DNA of 33,627 nucleotides from Octopus bimaculoides (GCF_001194135.2 NC_068990.1:36264476-36298102), one strand, 5' to 3'; shown: positions 9,891 through 22,556, numbered from the stretch's first letter. The notes: generated by a model not told the origin, from the letters alone. A program made the numbers and translations.

Positions 9891-10913
9891 ATGTTAGTAG
9901 AGAATAGAATTACAAATTTTTTAGGAATTCCAAAGAGAATGTCAGAAAGTAGTTTTTGCTTAATAATTAAAGCCAGTGGTTGGTTTACTTATAAACGTCA
10001 ACTTCATCCAACCGTTTATCAGTCTGTTCTCTCTCTCTCTCCGTGAAGGGTCTTCATGCCAGCTACTTTTACCAAACTATTAGGTTTTGGAGACATGAAA
10101 ACAAAACCATCGCCCGTTTTCAAACCTTCACAGCTGTTCCACTTTTCAACCAGGACAGAACACCAACTACATAGTCGCAGTAAGTTAATTATTTTAATGT
10201 AATGGCTGAACTTTCCCTATGTTGTTGCTGACAAGTAACACAGTATGGTAGCGAAGATGGTTAAATACCCTACTCCTGCTTACACATGACCAATACCCAG
10301 CCATATGTGTGTATGGAAAGAGACAGACAGACAGACAGACAGACAGAGGGGGGTGCGCACGCACATACATGTGGCTATATCTGTTGATGTACTTCTTAAA
10401 AAAGATGCCGTAGAGGAAATCTCAAAAACGAACTAACCTGAATTACTTCCCCGGAAAACAAGGGAAATTACTCTTGTCATATCTAAATTTCGATTACTGG
10501 GACCTTCTTTTTGAGAATTACTTGAAGCTGTCTGCCATCACATGTATCAATAAGGCTATGCAAATCTCTCTCCTCCACCTATACACACATATATATCCCC
10601 TCTATGTTGGCCTTTTGTGGGCAATAAAAAAAAATCACACATATATATCAATGCTTTTACATTGTAATAAAATCAATTTTTACACTGAACTGAAGGATTA
10701 CTTAATACTTTTGGTATAGCACAAATTTATCATTCTTTAACAAGGCGAGTATTGACAGTGACTTCGAAGATTCGGCCAGCTAAACAATCGTAGGACTATT
10801 TTATGATGGATTAGCTAGCCAAAACTTCGAAGTCAGCATATATATATATATATATATATATTACACGTGTATAAGGGATGACCACTAGGTGGACAATAGT
10901 CAATTTATCAGCC

Positions 10914-10990
<77 letters not shown>

Positions 10991-11650
10991 GGAGGGTAAG
11001 AGAGAGCAACAAACTACATGTGTAAAAACAAAATAAGTACATCTCAATATCGTTGGAAACAAAGGACTAAATTTATGAAATGACCCAAGTGTGTGGGGGA
11101 GGCACGTTACAAAAAACATCACAGCCATTCTATGAGCTTACCAAAGTGTGATGTTATTTCACATCAAAACCAGTCAGAGAATAGCGACTGCATTCTTAAC
11201 ATGGGAAAATGTTAGCTGTTATAGGTGAGGCAAAAATATAGAATGGTGTCAACTCTCCACCTAAGTTGGTTATATTTTCATGCGAATTACTTTACAAATT
11301 ATATCTTATCACAGACCAACATCTATTATATACATATTAGCAGTCACCACATATGTCCTAATTATATACAACACCATGCACCACTGTATTATAAAAGAAA
11401 CTATACAAAAAATAACTATACAATATTGCTATGCAACTGCATGTCATTGGTATACAATAGTGATTATACAACAGTAAGAATACAATGTTTTTGCTATACA
11501 TCAGTCATTACATACCACTCAATGTCACAGCTATACAACTGGTAATATACAATAGTAACTCATTGCAAACGGCTGTGTGTATACAATACTAAATGTCAGG
11601 AATTGACCAGGAATTCTGGCGTCCTTTCAGAGTTCTGTGAGAGTCTAGGA

Positions 11651-11825
11651 CAGAGCTCCGCAGCCTTTTTTCACTTGCGGTACACTTATATTCTTTTCAA
11701 AATTTGGCAGCACACCTGAACTCAAAATATAACCAAAAGTATAGGAAAAGAATTATATTCTGGTTACACTCAGCATTGTCTTATGTCACACCAGTGTTCC
11801 ACAGCATACTGGTTGCAGAATACTG
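11651..11825 (+). mobile_element. hAT (Charlie-like) MITE, 175 bp
   Basis: Perfect 8-bp TSD GTCTAGGA at 11643-11650 and 11826-11833; imperfect TIRs CAGAGCTCCGCAGCC / GGTTGCAGAATACTG. Confidence 0.85.
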
Positions 11826-12410
11826 GTCTAGGATGCCATAAGCAATTTACTTTTCTTGTCTTCTATTATGTCCCTGAGCAGATCAAAGCCTTTGGAGCAG
11901 ATTTTGTAGACAGAAACTGAAAGATGCTTGTGTGTGTGTGTGTGCGCATGTATGTAAGCATGCACATGCTCATGTGTGTAATGCATGTCCTTGACATGAC
12001 ATCGTGTGATGGTCCTAAAGTGAGTGTCACCATCATACAAGCAATGTTGTTTGCTTCCGGTCTTCCATGAAAAACATGTCCTGGCCATGAGGAAGATATT
12101 ATCTTGCTTGGAAACAAGTAACATGAAGGGTATCTGGACATATGAAATTTGCCTCAAGCAATTCCGTCTGTTGCATGCAAACATGGAAAAGTGGACATTA
12201 AACAAATGATGACAATATGTGTGTGTATGTGTGTACATAGACAAATAAAATTGTCTGGCCCACTCTCTTACTCCTCACTTTATCATGAACACTGAAGACT
12301 AATGTGCTGCAAAAATAACTCATATATGACACAAACATTGCACTTTTGATGATGTGTTCTGTAAAATTTAAATATTAATACAAAGAGATAAGTACAATAT
12401 CACAAGCAAA

Positions 12411-12475
12411 GCATGCATACAGGCATGCTCTACAAGTCAGCATGCATACAGGCATGCTCTACAAGTCAGCATGCA
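12411..12475. repeat. 29-nt tandem duplication x2.2
   Basis: gcatgcatacaggcatgctctacaagtca repeated exactly. Confidence 0.95.
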
Positions 12476-13094
12476 CCCACTCAAGTGTGCAGGCAAACAT
12501 TTACGTGCTCACACTCACACAAACATAGATACATTCATACACGCATCTGGTTAAGGATCAACAAGAGAAGAATTTGAAATTCTTAGAAATTGAGAAATTT
12601 TACTATTTGAGGTATGAAATCATCAAAGCTAGAGACAGAGGAGGAGGGAAGAGAGAAGGAAAGAGAGAGAGAGAGAGTATATATTGGCAGAGTCATTAAA
12701 GCACTAGACAGAATGCTTCACAGCATTTATTCTGAAGCATAGAGCTCACAGTTCAAATCATGCTGAGGTCCAATAAAAAAAGAAGTACCAATTCCATGCA
12801 GCAGATTGGTCACACTGTCACACTGAATGCCTTGAGATATCTGATGTAGATCTTTGGGTTCTGAGTTCAAATCCCACCTGGCCTATTTGATGTATTACCT
12901 AGCACTTTAGGGTGCCTTTAGAGAAACTCACCCAGTTGCAAGCAGTCAAGGCAGGTCCCTAGTTCAAGGACAACTTGCTCCCACCAGGCATGTAAAGGTC
13001 AGTAGACTTCCCTTCTAACTGGAATGTTAACGCAAAAGCAATAAAGACAAAAAAGCTAGTCCAGTGTGTTTGAGTGTCAGGTCAGATTTTAGAG

Positions 13095-13380
13095 TCATGT
13101 GCCATTGCAGCAAACCACTGCATTTACCATTTGTTAGTATTTGCACAAGCAACCCACCGAGCAGAGTTCCACTCAGTCCACATTTCAACAAGATACTTTT
13201 GTCATGGGGTCGACCAACACAACCCATCATCACAGCGGGATCCTCAGAGGAGAGAACATGATATGCGGAGTACAACTCAGAAAACCATGTAACATGATGA
13301 AATAATCTGAGCTAATGCTCCCAAATCATACAAAGTAACAAGACTCATCTCAGCTTCTGAGTACAGTGTGACACCATGTT
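13095..13380 (-). mobile_element. Highly decayed RTE/RTE-X-like ORF2 C-terminal fragment (a different family)
   Basis: CMIWEH*LRLFHHVTWFSELYSAYHVLSSEDPA...GRP resembles the recalled RTE-type motif CMIRERQLRLYGHVARFPE.DPAH.VLS.EDP.GW.R..GRP. Confidence 0.5.
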
Positions 13381-13528
13381 ACAAACAATTTAATGGCTGA
13401 TCCAACAGTCATCTCTGAATTCCTTTAATGAAGTTTCGGGGTGGGGTGGGGGAATTGTAAGTGAAAGAACTTCAGAAGCGACCGTTTAAAATTTTAATTT
13501 ACAATTAGAATGAATAAATGTAATTATA

Positions 13529-13910
13529 TAGGCAGAGGGATGACTGTGTGGTAAGAAGCATGTTTCCCAACCACATGGTTTTGGGTTTAGTCCCACTGTG
13601 TGGCACCTTTGGCAAGTGTCTTCCACTAGAGCCTCAGGCCGACCAAAGCCTTGTGATCGGATTTGGTAGATAGAAACTGAAAGATTCCCATTGTATATGT
13701 GTGTGTCCCACATCACTGCTTGGCAACCGGTGTTGGTGTGTTTTCGTCCCCGTAACATACCGGTTCCACAAAAAGAGACCAAAATAATAATACCAGGCTT
13801 AAAAAAAAAAAAAAAAGAATTCCGAGGATCAAATCATTCGACTAAAAAATACTTCGAGGTGATGCTTGACCAAAGCCGCAATCAAATGCCTGAAACAGAA
13901 TAGATAGCCA
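13529..13910 (+). mobile_element. SINE family A
   Basis: Head, body and tail homologous to 25566-25985; short internal microsatellite. Confidence 0.8.
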
Positions 13911-14560
13911 TATGATAACATAACTATTGTAAAATTACTTAAGAGTTACCTCCCTTAGCTATGTCGTAGCGATATAAGTTATGACTATAATTTTGACATG
14001 AATACACCAAATGTTTCTTCGATGTACAGATACAGCTCATTATTGTTACACTAGATTAAGAGCAGAATGTAATTATTGACAGTGTATCATAAACGACAAA
14101 TATATTCACGTATTTTAATGAATAAAATGAGAACAATGGTTCACAGTCACCATACAAAAACAATAATTAAGCAGAGTTACAATATTTCTTACAAAGATGG
14201 ATATTATGTAAGTAAAAAAAAAAAAACAATATCAGACAGTAACTAATAATATTTTAATTATTTCTGCAAGTACGGGCGATAACTCTCTACACGCTTTGGA
14301 CTTATTAGAGTTCTTCAATGTTGCATAGTATACATGGTTAATATCTTTCAGAGAGGTGTAACAAGAGTAGAAATATCATCATTAAGTCAGTTAGGATGGT
14401 GACAATCTGTCAGATGAATTCTCAGTATATTACAAATTTTCCTCACCATTCTGACACAGAAAAAAGAAAAAGTGAAAAAGTTTACATAAGTGCAGGCATG
14501 GCTATGTGGTAAGTAGCTTGCTTACCAACCACATGGTTCTGGGTTCAGATGCTAGGTGTG

Positions 14561-14645
14561 AATATAATTTTTTTCCTTATACTTTTAGTTATATTTTTAG
14601 TTCAGGTGTGCTGCCAAATTTTGAAAAGAATATAAGTGAAAAAAA
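14561..14645 (-). mobile_element. Partial inverted copy of the same hAT MITE
   Basis: Reverse complement matches 11665-11760 (cacttatattcttttcaaaatttggcagcacacctgaact...) at roughly 90% by eye, with an 11-nt microhomology deletion. Confidence 0.8.
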
Positions 14646-15174
14646 GATTGTGAAGCACCAATTTATAAAAATAAGCAAAATCATCAAAATGACAGTCGTT
14701 TATTGAGGTGGTTTTTATTTCTTGTATTCATATAGATTAGAGATCCAAATTATCAAACATTAATCAAATTGATGTAGATATTTGAAACAGCTTTAACTTA
14801 AAAGAACAATGAGTACAGCCTTTATAATGCATACTGTATTTTCAGGCAAACAAGTCAAATTTTCAGGCCAAAATTTACAGCCAAAACAGGCAAGTTAATT
14901 TATAAGCAAAGATGACTTTCAAGGATCAAAAATTTCATGTGAAATGCAGCAGGATTTGGAAAAACAGTGACACAGTTTGAATGTTTCCACTCTGTGTGTT
15001 CACTATATACTATCTCAACTTGTACGCCAGAAAATACAATATGTGAATATAGACTGGAGTTGGCTGAAGAATTTTTGTCTCAGAGAAACTTCACTTGAGA
15101 GACCTTGTATGTTCAAAGACACGACTCATTTCGAATGATGTTTCCATATTCCTGTCTTTCTTGAACTGCTTTCT

Positions 15175-15380
15175 CATCATCATCATCATCATCATCATCA
15201 TTTAGCATCTGCTTTCCATGTTGGCACAGGTTAGATGGTTTGACTAAAACTGATAAGCTGGAGGGCTGCACCAGGTTCCAATCTGATCTAGCATGGTTTC
15301 TACAGGTGGATGCCCTCCTTAATGCCAACCACTCCAAGAGTGTATTGGGTACTTTTTTATGTACCACTAGCACGGGTCCC
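15175..15380 (-). mobile_element. Diverged RTE-type 3' end
   Basis: (CAT)n at 15175-15200 followed by ttccatgttggcacaggttagatgg...ggatgccctcctt. Confidence 0.75.
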
Positions 15381-16314
15381 AGTTATGTAACACCATCATC
15401 AGTCATGACTATGATTTCATTTAGCTGCATGATTCTTCTCAAGCATAGCTTATTACCATGGCCGTGGTCACTTGACATTGCCACTGTAATCTAATTTCAC
15501 TTATTATTTTAATTCACTTTTAATGTACTTTTACAATAACCTGACCTCTAAAACAAGCCCTATAACATGTACACTTCTCTTACCCCACTGTCTAATTAAG
15601 GTTAAAGAAACACTAGCATAGATCTGTTTACAATGATATTTGCAACAATAATCAACTCGTATCATCAGGACTAGAGATGAATATATTTTGTATATAACTG
15701 ATCTTATTTAAGTTGTCTACCTGAGCTGTTGCATGTGTGGTTTAGTAATAAAGACCAATTCTCATTTGGAAATCCATACACATGTTCAGTAAAACCAATT
15801 CTAAGTTAAAAATCCATATACATGTGTGTTAAAGTCAAAGAGCAACTCCAAATCAACTTCAAGAATTTTACAGTTGCTAGTCCAATAATCTATCTTTTCT
15901 CTCCTAAAAGAAGAAACTTTTTTATTCATGGAAAAAAAAAAAATGGAGATCTTTGAACAAACAAAAAACTAAATAAATAAAATCCTCACAAGCTATATAG
16001 TGATAACATTGATAATGGTGGTACGCAAAACCACCCTATGGTACATACTGTCAAATGAACTCAGCCATAGACCCATTATAACTTTAAGGTAATTTCTTTT
16101 AAAATTACTCCACTAAACTCTAAGATTGCCAAACAAGATTCTCCTTCCAGTAAGTTCTCTATATCCACAACTTACTCAATAAAATAACTTCAAATTTGTA
16201 GTCCAAATGGAGTATTAATATTATAGCTTTGTAGCTTTTAAGAAAAACTAATTCCTTCACAAGTTTTATTTATATATATATATATATTCTAAAATAACTA
16301 CAAGGTAGAATATT

Positions 16315-16501
16315 CTTTTCTACTCTAAGCACAAGGCCCAAAATTTTGGGGGAGGGGCCAGTCAATTAGATCGACCCCAGTACACAATTTATCAACCCCG
16401 AAAGGATGAAAGGCAAAGCTGACCTCAGCAGAATGTGAAGACAAACAAAATACTGCTAAGTATTTCACCTGGCATGCTAACGTTTCTGCCAGCTCACCGC
16501 C
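16315..16501 (-). mobile_element. SINE family B with 15-bp TSD
   Basis: TSD acaaggtagaatatt at 16300-16314 and 16502-16516. Confidence 0.9.
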
Positions 16502-17145
16502 ACAAGGTAGAATATTTGTTTGTTCATTCATTTTGTGTCAATTATTCTATGCTAGCATAGGTTAAATGAGTTCATATTACAGAGGCAATGTTTGTAGCTG
16601 GATGCCCTTCCAAACCCTAACCCATACCAGTTTTTCAAGTAAGAATGTTTTCATTCTGCTCATCTTTGAAAGCACAGAGCTATTGGCTATTTTGCTGAAA
16701 GGGTAATATAAACAACATCACCATCCACAGCACAGTGATTTTTTTTCATATGAAGCACAGAAATTAGATATTTAGATAACTGCATGCAAGCACACACACA
16801 CACACACACACACATAATGGGCTTTGTACAGTTTCTATCAACCAAATTCACTCAAAAGCATTGGTTAGCCTGGATTTATACGTAAAAGACACATGCCCAA
16901 AATGCCATGCAGTGGGACACTGAATCTAAAATGAGTTGTGAAGCAAACTTCTGAATGACATAACAATGATTATTTAATAATTATGAAATATAAAGAAACA
17001 AAACATTTTGAGATAAAAATTAAGATGTAGATGGCTTTACTACTAATGCAGTGAAGAAAAAGAAATAAAGAGATAATAGAAAATCCTTTAAGTGAAAAAC
17101 TTTACATTGTTAATAACAAAGATGGGCATTAATAATAGCAAGAAT

Positions 17146-17491
17146 AAAAGAGTAAAGGGTAAGGGTAAAGACCCTCTTCAGTAATGAATGACCATGGGAT
17201 TGCACCAAGAAAGTTACCCTCCATGGCACAAGTCAAGGCAAGGTTGTTTATGGAAGACCAGCAGTTGCCCATGCATACCAGCTTCTCCTCTCCACACCAC
17301 CAATGTTATCCAAGGGAAAAGCAAAGCCAACACCAGTGACATTGCAACACACTTCTACAGCTAAGTGAACTGGAACAACATGAAATAAAGTGTCTTGATC
17401 AAAAACACAAGACACAGCCCAGTCCAGGAATTGAACTCCTCATTACCTCATGATTATGAGCCCAACACTCTAACCACTGGGCCATGTACCT
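17146..17491 (-). mobile_element. SINE sharing the family C tRNA head and core, with a different 3' half ending in (TTTACC)-like repeats
   Basis: Head TGGCCCAGTGGTTAGAGTG...GAGTTCAATTCCTGGAC; core CTTGATCAAGACACTTTATTTCATGTTGTTCCAGTTCACT. Confidence 0.75.
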
Positions 17492-17994
17492 ATTAGGATG
17501 AAAACTTGTGATTTTGACTCCTAGGACTTCACAGCCATCAATGTTAAGTCTGCTTCTGTTTACCTCTCAGTATTATTAATACAGCTAAATCCAGTGTTGA
17601 CTTCAAGTGAAAATATGTAAGCAGATGCCCAAACATTTGGTTGCTTGGTTGTGGTGTTTGCTTTACTCCAGAGATCATATCATTGCTATTATGTTAAACC
17701 GTCGTATATCCAAAATTTGGCCAAATGCATTTTTTTTCAATATTTATTTTTGCTTGCAACAGCCGGTTATTTTAGTCAAATTATATCTTCAGCTGCTTTA
17801 AATGCCATGATATCAAAAATTGTCAGAATGTAGTACAATGGTTTTTGCTATGGAATGGTGAAACTATTTTTTTCGTTTTCTGAAAAAGAAACGTTTTGAA
17901 TTTACAACACTTTTGCATAATAGCAATGATATAAACATTTACAATTAATCAGTACCCTTGCACTGAGCTCCACATTCATTTTAAATCAATCCTT

Positions 17995-18410
17995 TAATAA
18001 GTTGTTGCTTTCCAACCATATAGTAGCAGGTTCAAGTTCCACAGCATGTAACCTTGGGCATGTGTCTTCTACTATAGCTTCGGGATGACCAAATCCTCAT
18101 GAGTGGATTTGGTAGACAGAAACTGAAAGAAGCCTGTCATATACATATATATATATATATATATATATGTATGCATATATCTATGTCTGCTTTTATGTCT
18201 GTGCTTGTCCCCCATCACTGCTTGGCAACTGGTGTTGCTGTGTTTACGTCCTGTAACATAGCAGTTTGGCAAAAGAAACTGATAGAATAAGTACTAAGCT
18301 TAAAAAATAAATCCTGGGGGGGGGGGGTCGATTCATTTGACTAATATGCTTCAAGGCGGTGCTCCAGCATGGTCGCAGTTAAATGACTGAAACAAGTAAA
18401 AGAATAAACG
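17995..18410 (+). mobile_element. SINE family A
   Basis: Homologous to 25566-25985; internal (TA)n. Confidence 0.8.
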
Positions 18411-18744
18411 AATAGAAATATCAATATTTTCTATTACATTATAGACAGGAGAAACAATCTGGTCAGGAATCTACATTTTTACAAGATTCTTTTCAAAACG
18501 AACTTGAAAATTCTCCTTTAAGCCTACAAGATAGTTGTTATACATGAGTGTGTGGGTGGATAAGGGGACAGAGAAATTAAGATAATTAATATGAAAAGGA
18601 AAGAGAAAGTATTTGATGGAGAGTGATGTGGGTTTGGCGGAATCACGCATCAATGGAACAGCATTAACACTGTTATAAAGGGATAGAAAATATACGTTTG
18701 ATAAAGCAATAAAGTTATAGATTTCATTAAAAACTAATTTGTTA

Positions 18745-18900
18745 TGTATGGGAGAATTTACGAAAAAAACAACAACAGACGAGGACAGGTGGTGTAAACA
18801 ACAAAAGGATGTATTAGTTTAACACTTAGAAATAGAGAAAGTCTTTAACGTTTCGAGCTATGCTCTTCAACTGAAAGGAACACAGAAAGAAATAAAGAGA
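18745..18900 (-). mobile_element. Penelope-like-element-associated repeat with a hammerhead-like motif; partial second copy at 30122-30219
   Basis: tatgggaga...aacaacagacgaggacaggtggtgtaaa...aaagtct shared by both copies; minus strand CTTT CAGTTGA A GAGC ATA GCTC GAAACGTT AAAG. Confidence 0.45.
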
Positions 18901-19184
18901 GAAACAAGGAGAAAAAAAATATAAATGCAGTGGTCACTGATCTATCATGACGAATGCCGGACAGAAAGTTCACACAGGAGAGCTAAGAAAAAGGGGAGAT
19001 AACAAAGGAGAAAGAAGTGGTGAACCCAAATACTAGAAGCTGTGTGTGTGAGAGAATGCTGGTGATCTTAACGTATGTATGTGTGAAAAAGTGGGGAAGG
19101 GAGAAGGGAGTTGGTCAGTGCTTGTGTGTGCATAGTGGTGTGTTGTGAAGTGATGTGTCCTGTGATATGGTGTAATGTGGTGTG

Positions 19185-19600
19185 AAGTGAGAGTTGGGAG
19201 GTGGCAAAGGCATGGGAGGCGAGAGTGGGGAAAACATGGGTGGGGTGTGGGTTAGGCTGAGGGTGGGGGAGGTAGGGGTATGTGGGTAGGCAGAGGTTGG
19301 GGTGGGTGTAATGGATTGGATGAGGTGGGATGGGAAGGTAGAGCAGGAGTGTGTTGGGATGGGATGAGCTTATGAGGGAGGGTTGACTATGAAGGGGAGG
19401 GGTGACTATGAAGGGGAAGGGGATGTAAGAGAGGGGGAAGGTGGGTATGGGAGGAGGGAGAAAGCAAGGAGGAAGAGAGTAAGAGAGAGAGAAAGAGAGT
19501 AAGAGAGAAGAGAGAAAGAGTAGGGGTGAAGAGAAGTAGGAGAGGAGAGGTGGGTGGTAGGAAGTAGGAGGGGAGTGAGAGAGGCAGGGAAGGGGTTAGT
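19185..19600 (+). repeat. G/purine-rich low-complexity tract
   Basis: Many G3-G5 runs and very few C. Confidence 0.8.
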
Positions 19601-19860
19601 ATTTCAGCCAAAATATTAAATGAAACAAAAAAAAAAAAGAGAAGAATAAAAGACAGAAAGAAACATGTTGAAATAAAATGCTTTGTAAACTTATCATCAG
19701 CGGCTTCGTTTGTCGGGGAAAAAAATTATAGAAAACGTTTAACTTGCAAGGGAAGTAACTTAGTTGAAACCAGGGGAGGCTACTCTTCATTTTATAATAT
19801 TGATTGCGTACCATTTTATAGTTTCCACATGAAAATCTCGATCATGTTCAGTCAGTCATA

Positions 19861-20100
19861 GGAATTAGATGTAGCATGCAAGAAAGACTACATTGGCTTG
19901 GACATGTGATACGTAGGAATAAAGACAGCTGTATAAAGAAGTGCTGATTGCTTAAAGAGGATGGCATCTGTAGGAGAGACCAAGGATGACACAGGATGAA
20001 GTGGTGAGGGCCGATTTCAAGATGTTGGGCCTCACTGGGGAGATGACAATGGGCCAAAATGTCTGGTGATATGAGGTTCTTGAGAAAACCTGTCCACTAC
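19861..20100 (+). mobile_element. Older RTE ORF2 C-terminal fragment
   Basis: MQERLHWLGHVIRRNKDSCIKKC...RPRMTQDEVVRADFKMLGLT (one frameshift), homologous to 32732-32965. Confidence 0.75.
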
Positions 20101-20162
20101 AGCAAAACAATACTGGAAGCACTGTATGTTCCACCCTCATTAAACATTAATTCAAACACCCC

Positions 20163-20297
20163 AGGCGCAAGAGTGTCTGTGTGGTACATAGCTTGCTTAC
20201 CAGCCACATGGTTTGGGCAAGTGTTTTCTATTATAGACTCGGGTCAACCAACGCCTTGTGAGTGGATTTGGTAGACGGAAACTGAAAGAATCCCGTA

Positions 20298-20337
<40 letters not shown>

Positions 20338-20785
20338 NNNNNNNNNNNNNNNNNNNNNNNNNNNNNNNNNNNNNNNNNNNNNNNNNNNNNNNNNNNNNNN
20401 NNNNNNNNNNNNNNNNNNNNNNNNNNNNNNNNNNNNNNNNNNNNNNNNNNNNNNNNNNNNNNNNNNNNNNNNNNNNNNNNNNNNNNNNNNNNNNNNNNNN
20501 NNNNNNNNNNNNNNNNNNNNNNNNNNNNNNNNNNNNNNNNNNNNNNNNNNNNNNNNNNNNNNNNNNNNNNNNNNNNNNNNNNNNNNNNNNNNNNNNNNNN
20601 NNNNNNNNNNNNNNNNNNNNNNNNNNNNNNNNNNNNNNNNNNNNNNNNNNNNNNNNNNNNNNNNNNNNNNNNNNNNNNNNNNNNNNNNNNNNNNNNNNNN
20701 NNNNNNNNNNNNNNNNNNNNNNNNNNNNNNNNNNNNNNNNNNNNNNNNNNNNNNNNNNNNNNNNNNNNNNNNNNNNNNNNNNNNN

Positions 20786-20827
<42 letters not shown>

Positions 20828-21030
20828 TATATGTGTGTATGTGTTTGAGTATCTGTGTTTGTCTGTCCTCCATCTCTTGACAACCAATGTTGGTGGGTTT
20901 GCATCCCCGTAACTTAGCAGTTCAGCAAAAGACCAATAGAACAAGTACTAGGCTTACAAAGAATAAGTCCTGGGGTTGATTGGTGCTCCAGCAGGGCCAC
21001 AGTCAAATGACTGGAACAAATAAAAGAGTA
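20163..21030 (+). mobile_element. SINE family A spanning an assembly gap at its internal microsatellite
   Basis: 5' half 20163-20300, (TA)n, N-gap 20338-20785, 3' half 20830-21030. Confidence 0.8.
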
Positions 21031-21459
21031 CCCCAATAAACCAAACTATTTCTCTTATCTTCTCTTCTTCATGCACTATGCATATCTTACCATCCCCACT
21101 CCAGCAGTCCAATCTTATCCTCCCCACTTCCAACCTCTCAAACTCATCATTGCTATCCTGTCAATCCCCTGCTATACACTCAGGTTTTAGTCACTGCTCT
21201 TCCTCTTACCCCTCTCTCACTCCCTTTTTGCATTCTCCCTACTCACACACCCAGGGCAATCCTTCACCATTTCATTTGTATTTACATCCCAGTACCTTGA
21301 GTGTATATCTTGGAATATTGTCACATCTCTCGCTCCAGCAGGGGTAACCAAGTATTCTCTCAACAGCAAGACATCCGTTTCTATCCCTCTGTCATACTAT
21401 AACTTCTCATCACCTGGCACAAAGCATCTCCTTTAATACTGACCCTCCTCCCAAAGGAT

Positions 21460-21770
21460 CTTTGTATTACAAGTTACTTGGTGACTTCACCAGTGTTGGT
21501 GCCACATAAAAAGCATCCAGGCCACTGTTTGGCATTTGGAAGGGCATCCTGCTGTAAAAACCATGCCAAAGCAGACCTTGCCAATGCTGGTACCATGAAA
21601 AAGCATCCAGTCCACTCTGTAAAGTCGTTGGCATTAGGAAGGGCATCCAACTGTAAAAACCCATGATAAAACAGACAGTGGAGCTTGACACAGTCCTCTG
21701 ACTTACCAGTTCCTGGCAAACTGTCCAACCCATGCCAGTATGGAAGACAGACCTTCAATGATGATGATAT
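21460..21770 (+). mobile_element. Diverged RTE-type 3' end with duplicated GGAAGGGCATCC..CTGTAAAAAC unit
   Basis: Motif occurs twice about 100 nt apart; ends caacccatgccagtatggaa...atgatgatgat. Confidence 0.7.
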
Positions 21771-21978
21771 TATGCACAACATATGTACAAACAGAATCGG
21801 TATTGAAAATACTAAAAAGTGGCTGTAAACTTTATCAACCCCAACCAGGTAACTATGGTCCTGACACATCAGTTACATCAAGGTTACACTGATGTAAAGA
21901 AAAAAAAGACACATAATAAAGAAGCAGAGTGAACTAAGTAGGTCTTCAAGAATAAATAATCAACAGGAATTACGTTAC

Positions 21979-22063
21979 CTGCCAATATTCGAAGAATTCG
22001 TTTCTTTGACATAACCTCAAGTTGTGTAAGGCAAAGTTGTTTCAATTCCTTCATTGGTAAATC
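21979..22063 (-). CDS. CAAP1: CAAP1-like exon DLPMKELKQLCLTQLEVMSKKRILRILA(G)
   Basis: Acceptor ttttatgcag, donor CAG|gtaacg; 85 nt, phase 0-1; resembles recalled CAAP1 motif EEIKKLCQEQLELLSEKKILKILEG. Confidence 0.9.
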
Positions 22064-22556
22064 CTGCATAAAAGAAATTGTAAAGGAAGTTTTTCAAAAA
22101 GGTGCCTTTTAACTACAGATTTTCAGGATTTCACTCAAAAAAGACATCAATAATAATAATATTATTTTCTTACTGTGCAGAGCCATTTCACTTGATATCT
22201 ACCATTCATTCTTAATACAGTCAGCTTCATCCCTGTTTTGCATTGATCACTTTCCTGGCTGCCAAACTGCTTCTCATCCCCTACCATGCATTTCTCCTCC
22301 CTGTGCACTGCACTTCCTCCCCCACACAAACACACACACTTGCAACCAGCTGCTTTCATCCCAATTTTCCTACTCTCCCCTACATTTACCCGGCTCATAT
22401 GTATCATATTTCTGTTTCATCATGAATTTTTCAGTTCAAAATTAGGATTTGTAAAAGCCAAAGTATTATCCAGACATATTTTTCCTTACTTCTCAAATAA
22501 TTTTTTTTTTTAAAGAACTAACTCAAAACATCCGAAATCAAAGAATATATTATTAC

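Noticed and set aside
21040-21450. Pyrimidine-rich stretch that might be a LINE remnant (similar at 22180-22410)
   Set aside because: No recognisable peptide motif in any frame; cannot classify without a database search
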